From a virus (Duplodnaviria; Caudoviricetes): 64,000 nucleotides of DNA. The stretch is from positions 7,909 to 71,908 of the IMG/VR virus record IMGVR_UViG_3300049142_000058; one strand, given 5' to 3'. The notes under the pieces were generated by a model. The model saw only the letters and a program-made list of their open reading frames with translations. It was not told the origin of the DNA and did not search any database. A program made the translations under genes and the position numbers. Positions 1 to 8,955 of this stretch are shown in pieces (position 1 is the first letter of the stretch; each line of letters opens with the position of its first letter).

Positions 1-257
1 GTGGCGGTGGGGCGGGCCACGCGGCACAGGAGGCATCCGTCCGTGGTGCCGGGCTCTACGGGGCCGCGCGGGTGTCGGCGGCACCGCGTGGTGGGGGGCG
101 GCGTGTCCGCCTGCGCAAGGAGGCGGCGGGCGGTCGCCATGGCTTCCGCGATCCGGCCGAGCTGCTCGGGTGTGGCCTCGATGGGCTCCAGGTGTGCGCC
201 GTGCTCCCCGAGGGTCCGCAGGGCTGCGGAGAGTTCGCGTATGACGGTGCGGTTCAT
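1..257 (-). CDS. Hypothetical early protein, N-terminal part (runs off window)
   Basis: ATG at 257 overlaps the rep stop (ATGA). Reads MNRTVIRELSAALRTLGEH...CRRH...GCLLC open to the window edge. Confidence 0.6.
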   Translation of the reverse strand, partial: MNRTVIRELSAALRTLGEHGAHLEPIEATPEQLGRIAEAMATARRLLAQADTPPPTTRCRRHPRGPVEPGTTDGCLLCRVARPTA

Positions 258-1297
258 GCCGTCCCCCGATGTCCGTGTGTCGCAATGTGCTCGGCGTACA
301 GGCAGTCAGGGCACCTACCGCCGGGCTTCCGGTCCCGGTACGCCCTGCCGCACCCGCAAAGGCGCTCCGGGGCGAGCGGATCAGGCTTTGGCCACTGAAA
401 CTCGGCAGGCTGCTGCGTGCCGGGGCGGCCGGCGCCCGGGGCGTCATCGGGCACGGGCATCATCAACGGGGCCTGTATCGCCCGTCTGCGCCCTTCACTC
501 CCCCGGCTGCGGGAGCGCGCTCCCTCCCGGTGGATCGAGCAGCGTTTGGAGCCGGGACGCAGGAGTTGCACGCCGCACTGCTCGCACCGGCCGAACGGCT
601 CCTCCTGCACCACTGACTGATCGAGTTCCTTGCCGCCCGCGCACGCACCCTCCTGTGGCTGAGGTGAGTCATCAGCCAAAGTGTGGTCAGTCTCCGGGTA
701 AAGGTACTGGTAGGCCCCGGCGGGAACGGGTTCCGGACCCCGTTCCAGAACGGGTTTCCCCCCCGTTCCAGAACGGTTTCCGGAATTCTCGGAACCCCCG
801 GCGGGAACGGGTTCCGGAACACCGTCCTGGAACGGTTTCCGGAACCCGTTGCGCACCGGGTTCCCGGACTCCTCAGCGCCCTGTGCACCGCCGGCGGTCG
901 CCCCCGAAAGCGCCCCCTCCTTGAGGGCCTTCTTGCGCCGGGCCTGTCGCGTGTCGGTGTAGAGGTGCAGGTGTTCCTCCCACGGCACCGGCTTACCCAT
1001 GGGGACGATCAGCAGGTACACAGAGGACTTGTTGGGGCGCCGCTTGCGCTGGAGCAGCCCCACCGCGGTGAGCACCTTCACGCACCGCGTGACGGTCTCC
1101 TCGGTACACCCTGCGATCTGGGCAAGCGTCCGGTTGCTCGGGAATGCATTCGTGCCGTCGGCGTCCGCGTACGTGCCGATCAGGATCCCGACGTGCACGC
1201 ACCTGGACACCTCGGCCCGGCGCATACGCAACGCCTCATCACGAAGCCGGTTGATCCACGCGTTCCTGACGGATTGCGGGAGCGGGGTGGTGGCCAC
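254..1297 (-). CDS. Phage replication initiator (N-terminal wHTH, lambda O-like layout, C-terminal Cys clusters)
   Basis: TYADADGTNAFPSNRTLAQIAGCTEETVTRCVKVL HTH; internal iteron-like repeats; CEQC, CGC and CPDC motifs. Confidence 0.75.
   Translation of the reverse strand: MATTPLPQSVRNAWINRLRDEALRMRRAEVSRCVHVGILIGTYADADGTNAFPSNRTLAQIAGCTEETVTRCVKVLTAVGLLQRKRRPNKSSVYLLIVPMGKPVPWEEHLHLYTDTRQARRKKALKEGALSGATAGGAQGAEESGNPVRNGFRKPFQDGVPEPVPAGGSENSGNRSGTGGKPVLERGPEPVPAGAYQYLYPETDHTLADDSPQPQEGACAGGKELDQSVVQEEPFGRCEQCGVQLLRPGSKRCSIHREGARSRSRGSEGRRRAIQAPLMMPVPDDAPGAGRPGTQQPAEFQWPKPDPLAPERLCGCGRAYRDRKPGGRCPDCLYAEHIATHGHRGTA
721..870. repeat. Iteron-like cluster (GGAACGGGTTCCGGAAC-type, semi-palindromic), putative origin
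   Basis: Multiple GGAACGG(G)TT(T)CC variants inside the rep gene; another copy at about 1356-1378 upstream of the start. Confidence 0.7.
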
Positions 1298-1486
1298 GAG
1301 TGCGCCTCTCTGGGGTAGTGCCTGCCATGTGCAGGGACGTGGGGTTCCGCTGGGCTGGAACCCGTTCCGGAACGGTGTCCGTCACGCACCACACAATTGC
1401 ATCGCCGTCTTGCATCGTCAAGTTGCACGACGAGGGTGATGCCTGGCGTTGCTTACTTCTGATCATGAAACGGGCGTACCCGCACC

Positions 1487-1765
1487 TCACAGGGCCCCGT
1501 CCAGCAGCCGCGCGAGTTCCTCGTCCGAGCACGTGGCCATCGCCTGCTGCCAGTCGATCGGGTGACCGCCCTCCTCCGCGAGCGTCGCCGAGGAGAAGCA
1601 GGCGGTGCACAGGAGCCTCACCAGCCGGTCTCGCGTGGACGTGTGCGGGCTCAGGCGCCGGCGGTGGCCGCACAGTTGGCAGCGCCCCAACGGGGGCACG
1701 GACGCGGTCACCGCGACCACTCCGCATGCGCCTGATCGGTCGCCCGGGTCAGCTTCCGCATCCAC
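1487..1765 (-). CDS. Hypothetical Zn-finger protein
   Basis: CQLC...CTAC; lies within the coupled minus-strand operon. Confidence 0.6.
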   Translation of the reverse strand: MDAEADPGDRSGACGVVAVTASVPPLGRCQLCGHRRRLSPHTSTRDRLVRLLCTACFSSATLAEEGGHPIDWQQAMATCSDEELARLLDGAL

Positions 1766-2109
1766 GCCTCCACCGGCCGGTCCCGGAACAGCACCACCGG
1801 GTCCACCACCCGGTCCACCACCGCGTACCGGCAGGTGAACGACACCCCCGGCAGCATGCAGTCCGGGTCCTCCTCCATCGGGCCGTCCGGCAGCACCTCG
1901 TACAGGCCGCCGTCCGGGGCGAGGGCCGCGTACACGCGGGCCACCTCCCGGCCGCTGGTCACGTACACCACGTCCTGCCGGGCGTGGTCCTCACTGGCCC
2001 CCAGCTCCAGCGCCGTCCCGGTCAGCGTGTGCTGTGCGCCGGTCGCCATGGGCGGCAGCAGCAGGTCCCCCGGCTGGAACCCGGCCCGCCCTCCGTGGAA
2101 GAACCTCAC
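1708..2109 (-). CDS. Arr-like (rifampin ADP-ribosyltransferase family) ART domain protein
   Basis: FFHGG.AGFQPGDLLLP, VYVT and LYEVLPDGPMEEDPD match the Arr H-Y-D motifs. GTG start overlaps the upstream stop (GTGA). Confidence 0.65.
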   Translation of the reverse strand: MRFFHGGRAGFQPGDLLLPPMATGAQHTLTGTALELGASEDHARQDVVYVTSGREVARVYAALAPDGGLYEVLPDGPMEEDPDCMLPGVSFTCRYAVVDRVVDPVVLFRDRPVEAWMRKLTRATDQAHAEWSR

Positions 2110-2534
2110 TTCTTGATCACCGTCCTCCACAGGGACGCCGCGGTGGACAGCACCGACGCCACGGACGCCACGTAATCCGTGTCCGTCTGGTCGATGGCGG
2201 TCTTCCACAGGGCCATGGCCTGCGGCTTGTCGTCGTTGGCGTACGCGACGATGAACCGCATGGCCCACGTCTCGTAGACGTCCGCCCCGGGCACCTGCTG
2301 CATGGCCCACATCTCCCCGCGCGAGCGGTCCGGCGCCTTGCCGTCGTACAGCTTCACCAGGGCCTGCCGGGCGGCCTCCGCGAACGAGCAACACGCCGCG
2401 TACACCTCGAACTGCCCGGGCCCGCTGCGCTCACCGATGGTGCACACCGCAGTGGCCGCGCCGTCCGCGTCGCCGTCAATGGCCGTGGCCAGGGCCACCG
2501 TCACCAGGTGGCCGAGTTCCTGCTGATCCATCAC
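2106..2534 (-). CDS. Hypothetical protein
   Basis: Coupled ORF with typical codon usage. Confidence 0.7.
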   Translation of the reverse strand: MMDQQELGHLVTVALATAIDGDADGAATAVCTIGERSGPGQFEVYAACCSFAEAARQALVKLYDGKAPDRSRGEMWAMQQVPGADVYETWAMRFIVAYANDDKPQAMALWKTAIDQTDTDYVASVASVLSTAASLWRTVIKK

Positions 2535-2842
2535 GCCACCGCCTTACGGGGCAGGCCCTGTGAGTCACGTATCGGCGCACCGGCCAGGTGCAGCAGCTCA
2601 TGCGTCCACGTGTAGGACAGCCCCATGCGGTCCGCCACTGCCTTGATGGGCATCGACGCGTACAGCCGCGCCGCCTCATCCGCCAACGCCAGCGTCTCCT
2701 TCCGCACAACGCTGGAGGGCCGCAGCGTCACACCGGCGTCCAGCAGCTGCGCGCGGGCCTGCCGGTAGGACAGGCCGGCGGCCTCAGCCACCGCCGCGAT
2801 ACTGGCCCCCTCCTCATAGAGGGCCACCATGTCCACGCTCAT
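2531..2842 (-). CDS. Tandem HTH DNA-binding protein
   Basis: Two units: LYEEGASIAAVA...LSY...LL.AG..LR and LYASMPIKAVADRMGLSY. Confidence 0.75.
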   Translation of the reverse strand: MSVDMVALYEEGASIAAVAEAAGLSYRQARAQLLDAGVTLRPSSVVRKETLALADEAARLYASMPIKAVADRMGLSYTWTHELLHLAGAPIRDSQGLPRKAVA

Positions 2843-2965
2843 GGACACACCTTTCAAGGGGTCATCGGGTATGGCCGGGCCCGCCACCCTGGGGGGAGGT
2901 CGGGTGGCGGGCCCGGGGACGGCCGCGGGGCGTAGGGGCGCCCGCTACGGCCGTCATTCAGGTGG

Positions 2966-3133
2966 TCAGTCGGTGATGCCGGACAGGTCGATTCGGCCGC
3001 TGGACCACACCGCGGCGGCCACCACCGCGGCGGCCACCCACCACCAGGACCGGACGGGCTCGATGGCCCACGTCACGGCCCCGGCGACGATGCCGCAGGC
3101 CAGCCCGAGCATGAACCGGCGCCACGGGCTCAC
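2966..3133 (-). CDS. Small membrane protein
   Basis: Two hydrophobic segments; coupled to the vWA gene. Confidence 0.55.
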   Translation of the reverse strand: MSPWRRFMLGLACGIVAGAVTWAIEPVRSWWWVAAAVVAAAVWSSGRIDLSGITD

Positions 3134-3885
3134 AGGAGGATCCCGGCGGCGCGGGCCTCGGCCGTCCACGGCGCGTGCTCGCGCATCAGCCCGTCATACA
3201 GCTCCACATCGCTGACCATGAACGGGTCCTCCGCGTGGAAGAACGACGCGTTGTCCACCGCCCGGCCGCGCAGCTTGTCCAGCCTCTTGAGGAAGTTGAC
3301 CTGCTTGCCGAACCCGACGAACGCGAACCGCACCGCCCGCTCGGACGCCTCCCGCAGCGCGTCCTCCGCCTCCTTCTGGGAGTCCGGGTCGCCGTCCGTC
3401 TGGAAGATCACCAGACCCGGCATGTTCGTGCCCTCGTGCAAGGCCGTCACGTACCGGATGGCCGCCGCATAGTCCGTGGTGCCCCACGGAACCGACTGGT
3501 GGGTCTCGTGGATGACGCCCCGGTAGTTGTCCAGGCTCAGGCTGCGGTCGTGGTCCACGCGGCTGCCGAAGTAGATCAGGGGCACCTGTCCGTCGTCGTC
3601 CAGGTTCGCCGACAGAGCCAGGGCCTGATCCGCCAGGCGCTGCATGCTGCCGTCCGCGTAGAACGGCCTCATGCTGCCGGAGTGGTCCATCACCAGGTAC
3701 ACCGCCGCGCGCTGCCCGGTGAGCCCCTTCTTCTCCAGGGACACCGCGGCCGTCTTGGCGAGGTTGGCCAGCGACGGGGGCAGCTTGTCCAGGCTGATCG
3801 CAGGACCCTGCCCGGTGGGCACCGCCACGGGGGCGGCGGCCGGCGTCACGTCGGCGGCCGGGGCGGACTTGCGGAACAAACGCAT
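3130..3885 (-). CDS. vWA domain protein (vWA-TerF-like)
   Basis: VYLVMDHSGSM MIDAS motif, GTTDY, VIFQTDG, AFVGFG, VDNASFF. Confidence 0.85.
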   Translation of the reverse strand: MRLFRKSAPAADVTPAAAPVAVPTGQGPAISLDKLPPSLANLAKTAAVSLEKKGLTGQRAAVYLVMDHSGSMRPFYADGSMQRLADQALALSANLDDDGQVPLIYFGSRVDHDRSLSLDNYRGVIHETHQSVPWGTTDYAAAIRYVTALHEGTNMPGLVIFQTDGDPDSQKEAEDALREASERAVRFAFVGFGKQVNFLKRLDKLRGRAVDNASFFHAEDPFMVSDVELYDGLMREHAPWTAEARAAGILL

Positions 3886-3967
3886 GTTGAGCTCCAGATG
3901 CGAGGTGGGGTGCCCGGGCGCGCACGCCCGGGGCTTGAGGGGTGGGGTGGGAGGCAGGGGACGACGG

Positions 3968-4288
3968 TCAGTCGTCGCAGTCGTCCCAGTCGTCGGCGTG
4001 CTTGGACCCGTGGCCGGAGGACTTGCCGGAGCCGGTGCCCTTGCCGCGGTTGCTCTTGCCGGTGGTGGACTTGGCCGACCCGCCGGACTTGTTGAGGCTG
4101 GACCCGCTCCGCGAGCTGGACCCGCTCCGCGAGGAGGACCCGCCGCCCTTGCCCGTCACGGCGGCCACCAGCTCCACCGACGTGGACCCGGCCGCCTCGT
4201 CGCAGTCGTCATCCGTCTGGCCGTTGCACCCGACCAGCAGAGCGGCGCCGAGGGCGACCGAGCAGGCGGCAGCAGTGATGCGTCTCAT
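3968..4288 (-). CDS. Gly/Ser-rich lipoprotein
   Basis: Lipobox LLVGC; low-complexity GSS/K tail ending DDWDDCDD. Confidence 0.7.
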   Translation of the reverse strand: MRRITAAACSVALGAALLVGCNGQTDDDCDEAAGSTSVELVAAVTGKGGGSSSRSGSSSRSGSSLNKSGGSAKSTTGKSNRGKGTGSGKSSGHGSKHADDWDDCDD

Positions 4289-4325
4289 GGATCGTTTCTC
4301 CTGTTGCGATGACACCCGGGCCGGT

Positions 4326-4550
4326 TCAGCCGCGGGCGGTGGTCTTGATGCGGGCTCCGCGCCCGCGCAACGTCGCTCCTGCCTCAAGCAGCAGCTCCCT
4401 GGTGACCCAGTACGAGAGGTCCGCGTCCTCGGCGAGCGCCCGGATCGTGGCCCCCGCCTCGTACTTGCGGCGCAGCTCCTGGCCCTTGGCGAGCCGCTGC
4501 TCCTCGTTCATGCGAGGCCGGTACGGGCGCCGGCCGCCGGTCCTGCTCAT
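4326..4550 (-). CDS. HTH DNA-binding protein
   Basis: YEAGATIRALAEDADLSYWVTRELLLEAGATLR, paralogous to 2531-2842. Confidence 0.75.
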   Translation of the reverse strand: MSRTGGRRPYRPRMNEEQRLAKGQELRRKYEAGATIRALAEDADLSYWVTRELLLEAGATLRGRGARIKTTARG

Positions 4551-4891
4551 CCGCCGGCCTCCCCCGTCGTCCGGTGCCGCCAGGACAGCTCCGGACACGT
4601 CCGCCAGCAGCCATCCGGACACCCATCCGCACAGGTCACAGGCCCTACGGTCTCCGTGTCCTGATCCAGGTCCGGACCCTGGTGGACACCATCCGCGGAC
4701 GCCTCCGGACACCTCCGGATGCGCCCGGACGCCGACCATCCGATGACCACCCCGAGGAGTCCGGCGCCCGCGGAGTACGGCGCCCACACGTCCGCCGTAC
4801 GCACCGTCCGGTCCACGCCCTCCGCGAGGGTGATGAGCACCTCAAGCAGCCACACGACCGGCCCCCTCCTCTCGGGCGCGCCGCTGATCAC
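4547..4891 (-). CDS. Hypothetical protein
   Basis: Stop overlaps the next ATG (ATGA). Confidence 0.45.
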   Translation of the reverse strand: MISGAPERRGPVVWLLEVLITLAEGVDRTVRTADVWAPYSAGAGLLGVVIGWSASGRIRRCPEASADGVHQGPDLDQDTETVGPVTCADGCPDGCWRTCPELSWRHRTTGEAGG

Positions 4892-5312
4892 GCATCAGCC
4901 GGTCTTCCAGGTGCTCGCCCTTGACGCACTGCGGGGACTCGCACGTCTGCCGGACCTTGCCGACCGCCTCCCGCCCGTAGTGCTGCTCGAACACCGCGCG
5001 GGCCGCCGTGGTGTGACGGCCACGCCACCGCATCACCGGAGTGCCGTTGTCCTCCGGCCCCGTCCAGTGCGCGTGACCGTCCTGCGTGGCAAGGACCCGG
5101 TCCTCGAGGGCCTGCTCCCACGAGTCCGCGGCAGGCATCGGCCCCCGCTGGAACACCGGCAGCCCCAACCGGCTCCGCATCTCCCGAGGCACGGAGTAAT
5201 CCACGTCCAGCTCCCGCGCTATCGCGAGGTTGGAGTCCCCGCGCTTGAGCCGGCGCGCCACCTCCGACTCCATGAACGCGTCCACCACCGTGCGCGTGGA
5301 GCGGCGCCTCAT
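4842..5312 (-). CDS. HTH plus degenerate HNH-like domain protein
   Basis: LAIARELDV HTH; HWTG...TAARAVFE...CESPQCVKGEHL resembles the HNH_3 scaffold. Confidence 0.65.
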   Translation of the reverse strand: MRRRSTRTVVDAFMESEVARRLKRGDSNLAIARELDVDYSVPREMRSRLGLPVFQRGPMPAADSWEQALEDRVLATQDGHAHWTGPEDNGTPVMRWRGRHTTAARAVFEQHYGREAVGKVRQTCESPQCVKGEHLEDRLMRDQRRAREEGAGRVAA

Positions 5313-5872
5313 GACGCCCCCCGCTCCGGCAGCGCCCACACGCGGATCACGCAGCCCGGGGAGTCCAGGACATCCGGCACCGTCCCGTGGTCGGTCTCGT
5401 AGTACTTGCCGAGCCCGACGTAATCCACGACCTGCGCGTCATCGCGGTACACCAGCGCGGTGGTGAGGGCGTCCTCAGTGGCCCGCACCAGCTTGGACAG
5501 GTCCGGCTTGACCGACGGGCGGCGGGGCGCCGACGGGCGCAGCACGCCCGCGTTACGCCCCGTGCCGAAGTGGCTTTTGGGCCGGGCGAGAGTGAACGTC
5601 ATCGACAGGGCCACGGCCCCGGTGAGCGGCTGGTACCCCTCCACCTTCTGCCGGGCCTCCACCGCGGCGTCCACCACGGCCACGCGCCACGGCTTGACCT
5701 TGGCGGAGGACTCCACCATCCGGCCCCCGCCCTTGTGGCTCTTGCTGCCCTGCGGCCCGGGGATGCCGTGCACGACGACCACCAGGGCGGGCGCAGCGTC
5801 GGCGGCCCTCTCCTGCCCCGTCTGCGCCTCCTCGACGGGCGCCTCCTCGAACAGCGTCGGCTCACTCACCAC
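5309..5872 (-). CDS. rusA: RusA-like Holliday junction resolvase
   Basis: PGPQGSK, KPDLSKLVRATEDAL, YRDDAQVV. Confidence 0.9.
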   Translation of the reverse strand: MVSEPTLFEEAPVEEAQTGQERAADAAPALVVVVHGIPGPQGSKSHKGGGRMVESSAKVKPWRVAVVDAAVEARQKVEGYQPLTGAVALSMTFTLARPKSHFGTGRNAGVLRPSAPRRPSVKPDLSKLVRATEDALTTALVYRDDAQVVDYVGLGKYYETDHGTVPDVLDSPGCVIRVWALPERGAS

Positions 5873-6551
5873 CGGTCACCGTCCCGTCCATCCAGCCCTC
5901 CGGCAGCGACGGCGCCGCGGACACCGCGGTGAGCACCAAGTCATCCGGGTCCGTGGCCCGGCAGTTGGCCGCCGCCTCCAGGTAGGAGCCCTCCAGCTCC
6001 TGCGGGGCCATGCCGGTCTCGTGCAGCAGCTGGTCCAGCAGGACCGTCACCGGCTCTGTAAGGTGCCAGCCGACGACGACCACCCGCGCGGTGCGCGCCT
6101 CCAGGTCCACCTCCTCCACGTGGACCGGCGTGACGAACCGCGCCCCGTCCCGGGCGTCCAGGTAGGCACGCGCGAACTCCGTCACCCGCAGCACGCCCTC
6201 CTGCTCACTCAGGAACCCGCGCACGGTCAGCGGCCCGGCCGCGTCCGTGGGGTCGCTCACGCCGTTCTCGCCGGCGGCCAGCGACCGCAGGAACGCCTCA
6301 TGCGCGGCCTCAAGGGGCCGCTCCACGGCGTACCGGACGGCACGGATGCGCTCCAGCCGCCACGCGTGCGTGCCGCGCGTCGTCGCCGCCGAGCACGGGC
6401 AGCCCTTGACGACTTCCGGGTGGTCGCTGATGCCGCGGCACTGGTGGACGCTGGACCGGCCGCGCTCACACAACCGGGCAGAGCAGCACTCGCAGTTGGG
6501 GCACGGCTTCGACTGCGGCCTCTCATACAGGGGGCCGAACGTCTCAATCAT
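5862..6551 (-). CDS. Hypothetical protein (N-terminal Cys cluster)
   Basis: CPNCECC...C...C...CPC; coupled in operon. Confidence 0.7.
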   Translation of the reverse strand: MIETFGPLYERPQSKPCPNCECCSARLCERGRSSVHQCRGISDHPEVVKGCPCSAATTRGTHAWRLERIRAVRYAVERPLEAAHEAFLRSLAAGENGVSDPTDAAGPLTVRGFLSEQEGVLRVTEFARAYLDARDGARFVTPVHVEEVDLEARTARVVVVGWHLTEPVTVLLDQLLHETGMAPQELEGSYLEAAANCRATDPDDLVLTAVSAAPSLPEGWMDGTVTGGE

Positions 6552-6735
6552 GGGCGGTACCTGTTTCTGGATGCGTGGGATGAGGGGTGATCAGTCCGGC
6601 GCCGGCCTGCGTCTGGCTGCCTCGGCGCCGGGGGGCGCGGTGCCGCCCCGTCCCGCGCAGCGACCACCACACAAGGGCGATGGCCACCGCGAGGGACAGG
6701 AACAGCACCGCGGCCCCGACAAGGGCGCGTGTCAC
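6544..6735 (-). CDS. Small membrane protein
   Basis: GTG overlaps the RecT stop (GTGA); one TM helix. Confidence 0.55.
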   Translation of the reverse strand: MTRALVGAAVLFLSLAVAIALVWWSLRGTGRHRAPRRRGSQTQAGAGLITPHPTHPETGTAHD

Positions 6736-7721
6736 CTCTTGCGCCCGCCGCGCTGCTTCTTCGGCTTGGACCGGCCGCGCCGGACCTTGACCGCGAGCGA
6801 CCGGCCGGCGCGCTCCTGCGAGCCCTCCGCCGACCGCGCCGCGCGCTCCGCCTCCGCCAGGAGCTGCGCCGCCTCCGGGTCCGGGGCGTGCAGGATCTGC
6901 GGCGTGCCGTCTTCCGCGGCGTCCTCCACCGCGACCAGCGCCCGCACCTCCACGGACGTGGGCACGTACTTGGCCATGCGGCGGATCGCCGTCTTCAACC
7001 ACATCGCGAGGAAGTCCTTGTGCCAGAAGGAGTCCCGGCGGCCGTTCGCCTCCGCCCGCTGATACGCGGTGCTGTACTCGTCGCGGATCTCCTCCGCGTC
7101 CTCACGGGACAGGACGATCACCTGCGACCGGCCGCCGCCCTTGATCCGGCAGAACGCGTAAGCCAGGATCACCGGGCCGCGCTCCGCCTTGGGCAGGTGC
7201 ACCGCCGGACGGTGGAAGAAGTCGTCCGGAGCCGCCGCGCTCGGCTCGTAGCTCCACTCGTCGCCCTCGTGGATCATCCCGACGTGCACGGAGTCCACGC
7301 GCCCGGATCGGTACATCAGGTCGATGTAGCCGTGATAGGTGGGCAGGAACACCGCGATCTTGCCCTCAGCCTTGATGACCGCGTGGTGTCCGTCCGGCAG
7401 CAGACCGAACCGCGCGCACGTCAGCAACGACTGGAGGACGCTCGCCGGCGTGCAGTGCCGCACGTCCGGCAGCACGTTGCGCACCGCGGCGAAGAACTTG
7501 CCCACGTCCATGTGCCGCGGCAGCACATCGGTGAACTCCCCCTCATACCGCAGGAGGGCCTCCATGCCCTCGTCCTTGAGGGCCTCCCGCTCCTCATGAC
7601 CGCGCTCGGACTCCGGGAGCGGCTCGGCGTAGTCGTGCTGCACGTCCTCAAGCGGCGGGCCCTCCGGGGCCGGACCGCCGGACGTGGCCGCCTTGACCTT
7701 GGCCAGCAGAGTGTTCGACAT
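6732..7721 (-). CDS. recT: RecT-family single-strand annealing recombinase
   Basis: SVLQSLLTCARFGLLP, FLPTYHGYIDLMYRSG, W..DFLAMWLKTAIRRMAKYVP. Confidence 0.9.
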   Translation of the reverse strand: MSNTLLAKVKAATSGGPAPEGPPLEDVQHDYAEPLPESERGHEEREALKDEGMEALLRYEGEFTDVLPRHMDVGKFFAAVRNVLPDVRHCTPASVLQSLLTCARFGLLPDGHHAVIKAEGKIAVFLPTYHGYIDLMYRSGRVDSVHVGMIHEGDEWSYEPSAAAPDDFFHRPAVHLPKAERGPVILAYAFCRIKGGGRSQVIVLSREDAEEIRDEYSTAYQRAEANGRRDSFWHKDFLAMWLKTAIRRMAKYVPTSVEVRALVAVEDAAEDGTPQILHAPDPEAAQLLAEAERAARSAEGSQERAGRSLAVKVRRGRSKPKKQRGGRKR

Positions 7722-7724
7722 GGC

Positions 7725-8765
7725 TTAGAGCCCCTTCGCGTTGGCAGGCACGTACAGGCGGCGCCCACGGCACTCGCGGTAAATGACCGGGTGGTCGGCC
7801 TTGAGCCGGTCCGTGTCGATCACCTGGACCGTGCGCGTGTACTGGCCGACAAGATCGGGGTGGTTCTTGCGGAACGTGGACTCCGAGAAATTCCCGTTCT
7901 GCTTCCACGTCCAGGCCTCAACCCCACCGGCCTTGACGATCTCGTTCTCCTGCGCGTCATCGCGCATCTGGTTCTCGACCGTGGTCACTTGGACCGTGAG
8001 GGCCTTGATCTGCGCCTTGAGGTCGGCACGCTGGGCGCGCAGTCCCTTGGCGTGATCCACCGGCACCTCGGCCACGGCCTCCGGCTTGGCATCCCACAGG
8101 GCCGCCAGCAGCTCCGTGGTGGACTCCAGCCCGTCAACCGGCGGGGGGAACCCCTCCACGATGTGCCGCTGATACCAGGCCGACGCGGCATTGAACAGCT
8201 CCTCGACCAGCTCCTCATTGCGCTCCTGCCGGAACACGGTGAGCCGGTTACCGCCGATCAGCGCGGCCACGTAGGAGTGCGACCAGCCGCACACCGCGGT
8301 GTACCAGTGGGCTTGAAGGGCCGCGTCCTCCGGCGCCTCCGGCTTGTCCACCCACTCATCGGCCAGGAACTCCGACTTGGTCTTGATCTCCAGCGGAGCG
8401 ACGACCACGCCGGAGTCGGAGAGGATGCCGCGGTCCACGTTGGCGAGCGCCCACGAGTGCTCCAGGTGGGCGAACATCCCCGGCATGACCACCGTCGACA
8501 GGCCGGTGTCGTCCTGGAACCACTGCGCCACGGCGGGCTCCAGGTAGCGCCCGGCCCGCATGTACGTGTTGTCCGGCTCGGTGTAACCGTGCTTCTCCTC
8601 GAACACCCTGCGCGGCCCGCGACGCTTGTTCAGGCCGAGGATGGCGGCCACGTCCGACCCGCCGATGCCGGTACGGCGCATCGCGAGCCAGTCCTCATGC
8701 GGGGCATCCGCCGGCAGCACCAGACGGGCAGTCGGCGCGTCCGGCAGCGGGGTTTGGGTGGTCAA
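7725..8765 (-). CDS. YqaJ-like viral recombinase exonuclease
   Basis: WLAMRRTGIGGSDVAAILG, ANVDR, LEIKTK, LQAHWY; AAGGAG RBS before TTG at 8765. Confidence 0.9.
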   Translation of the reverse strand: MTTQTPLPDAPTARLVLPADAPHEDWLAMRRTGIGGSDVAAILGLNKRRGPRRVFEEKHGYTEPDNTYMRAGRYLEPAVAQWFQDDTGLSTVVMPGMFAHLEHSWALANVDRGILSDSGVVVAPLEIKTKSEFLADEWVDKPEAPEDAALQAHWYTAVCGWSHSYVAALIGGNRLTVFRQERNEELVEELFNAASAWYQRHIVEGFPPPVDGLESTTELLAALWDAKPEAVAEVPVDHAKGLRAQRADLKAQIKALTVQVTTVENQMRDDAQENEIVKAGGVEAWTWKQNGNFSESTFRKNHPDLVGQYTRTVQVIDTDRLKADHPVIYRECRGRRLYVPANAKGL

Positions 8766-8955
8766 CGGGTACTCCTTTTCGATGGCGACCCACCGGGCGC
8801 ATGGGGCGCTCATCGGTGGTGGCCTGCTGGCCCGTGTCCGGGTCCTCGCAGAAGCGGTCAATGAAGATCAGGAACGGCCCGAACGTGAGGGCGTACAGGG
8901 CGATGGCGACCGCGACGCAGGCCAGCACCTCGCCCGTGTCGGTCTGGCAGCTCAT
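8695..8955 (-). CDS. Small membrane protein
   Basis: One TM segment; coupled to the upstream gene. Confidence 0.45.
   Translation of the reverse strand: MSCQTDTGEVLACVAVAIALYALTFGPFLIFIDRFCEDPDTGQQATTDERPMRPVGRHRKGVPVDHPNPAAGRADCPSGAAGGCPA

Noticed and set aside
721-870. CRISPR array (also considered for 26342-26562 and 13363-13431)
   Set aside because: No unique spacers of regular length and no cas genes; better explained as iterons, a coding VNTR and terminators.
3968-4288. Ser/Gly-rich ORF as a second RiPP precursor
   Set aside because: It has a lipobox signal and no adjacent modifying enzyme.
6729-8864. Long plus-strand ORFs (6729-8864, 11188-13113, 14120-15721, 15673-17775, 23054-25243, 28288-30729, 45827-47581 and others)
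   Set aside because: Antisense shadows of recognisable minus-strand genes, expected at this GC content; no motifs.
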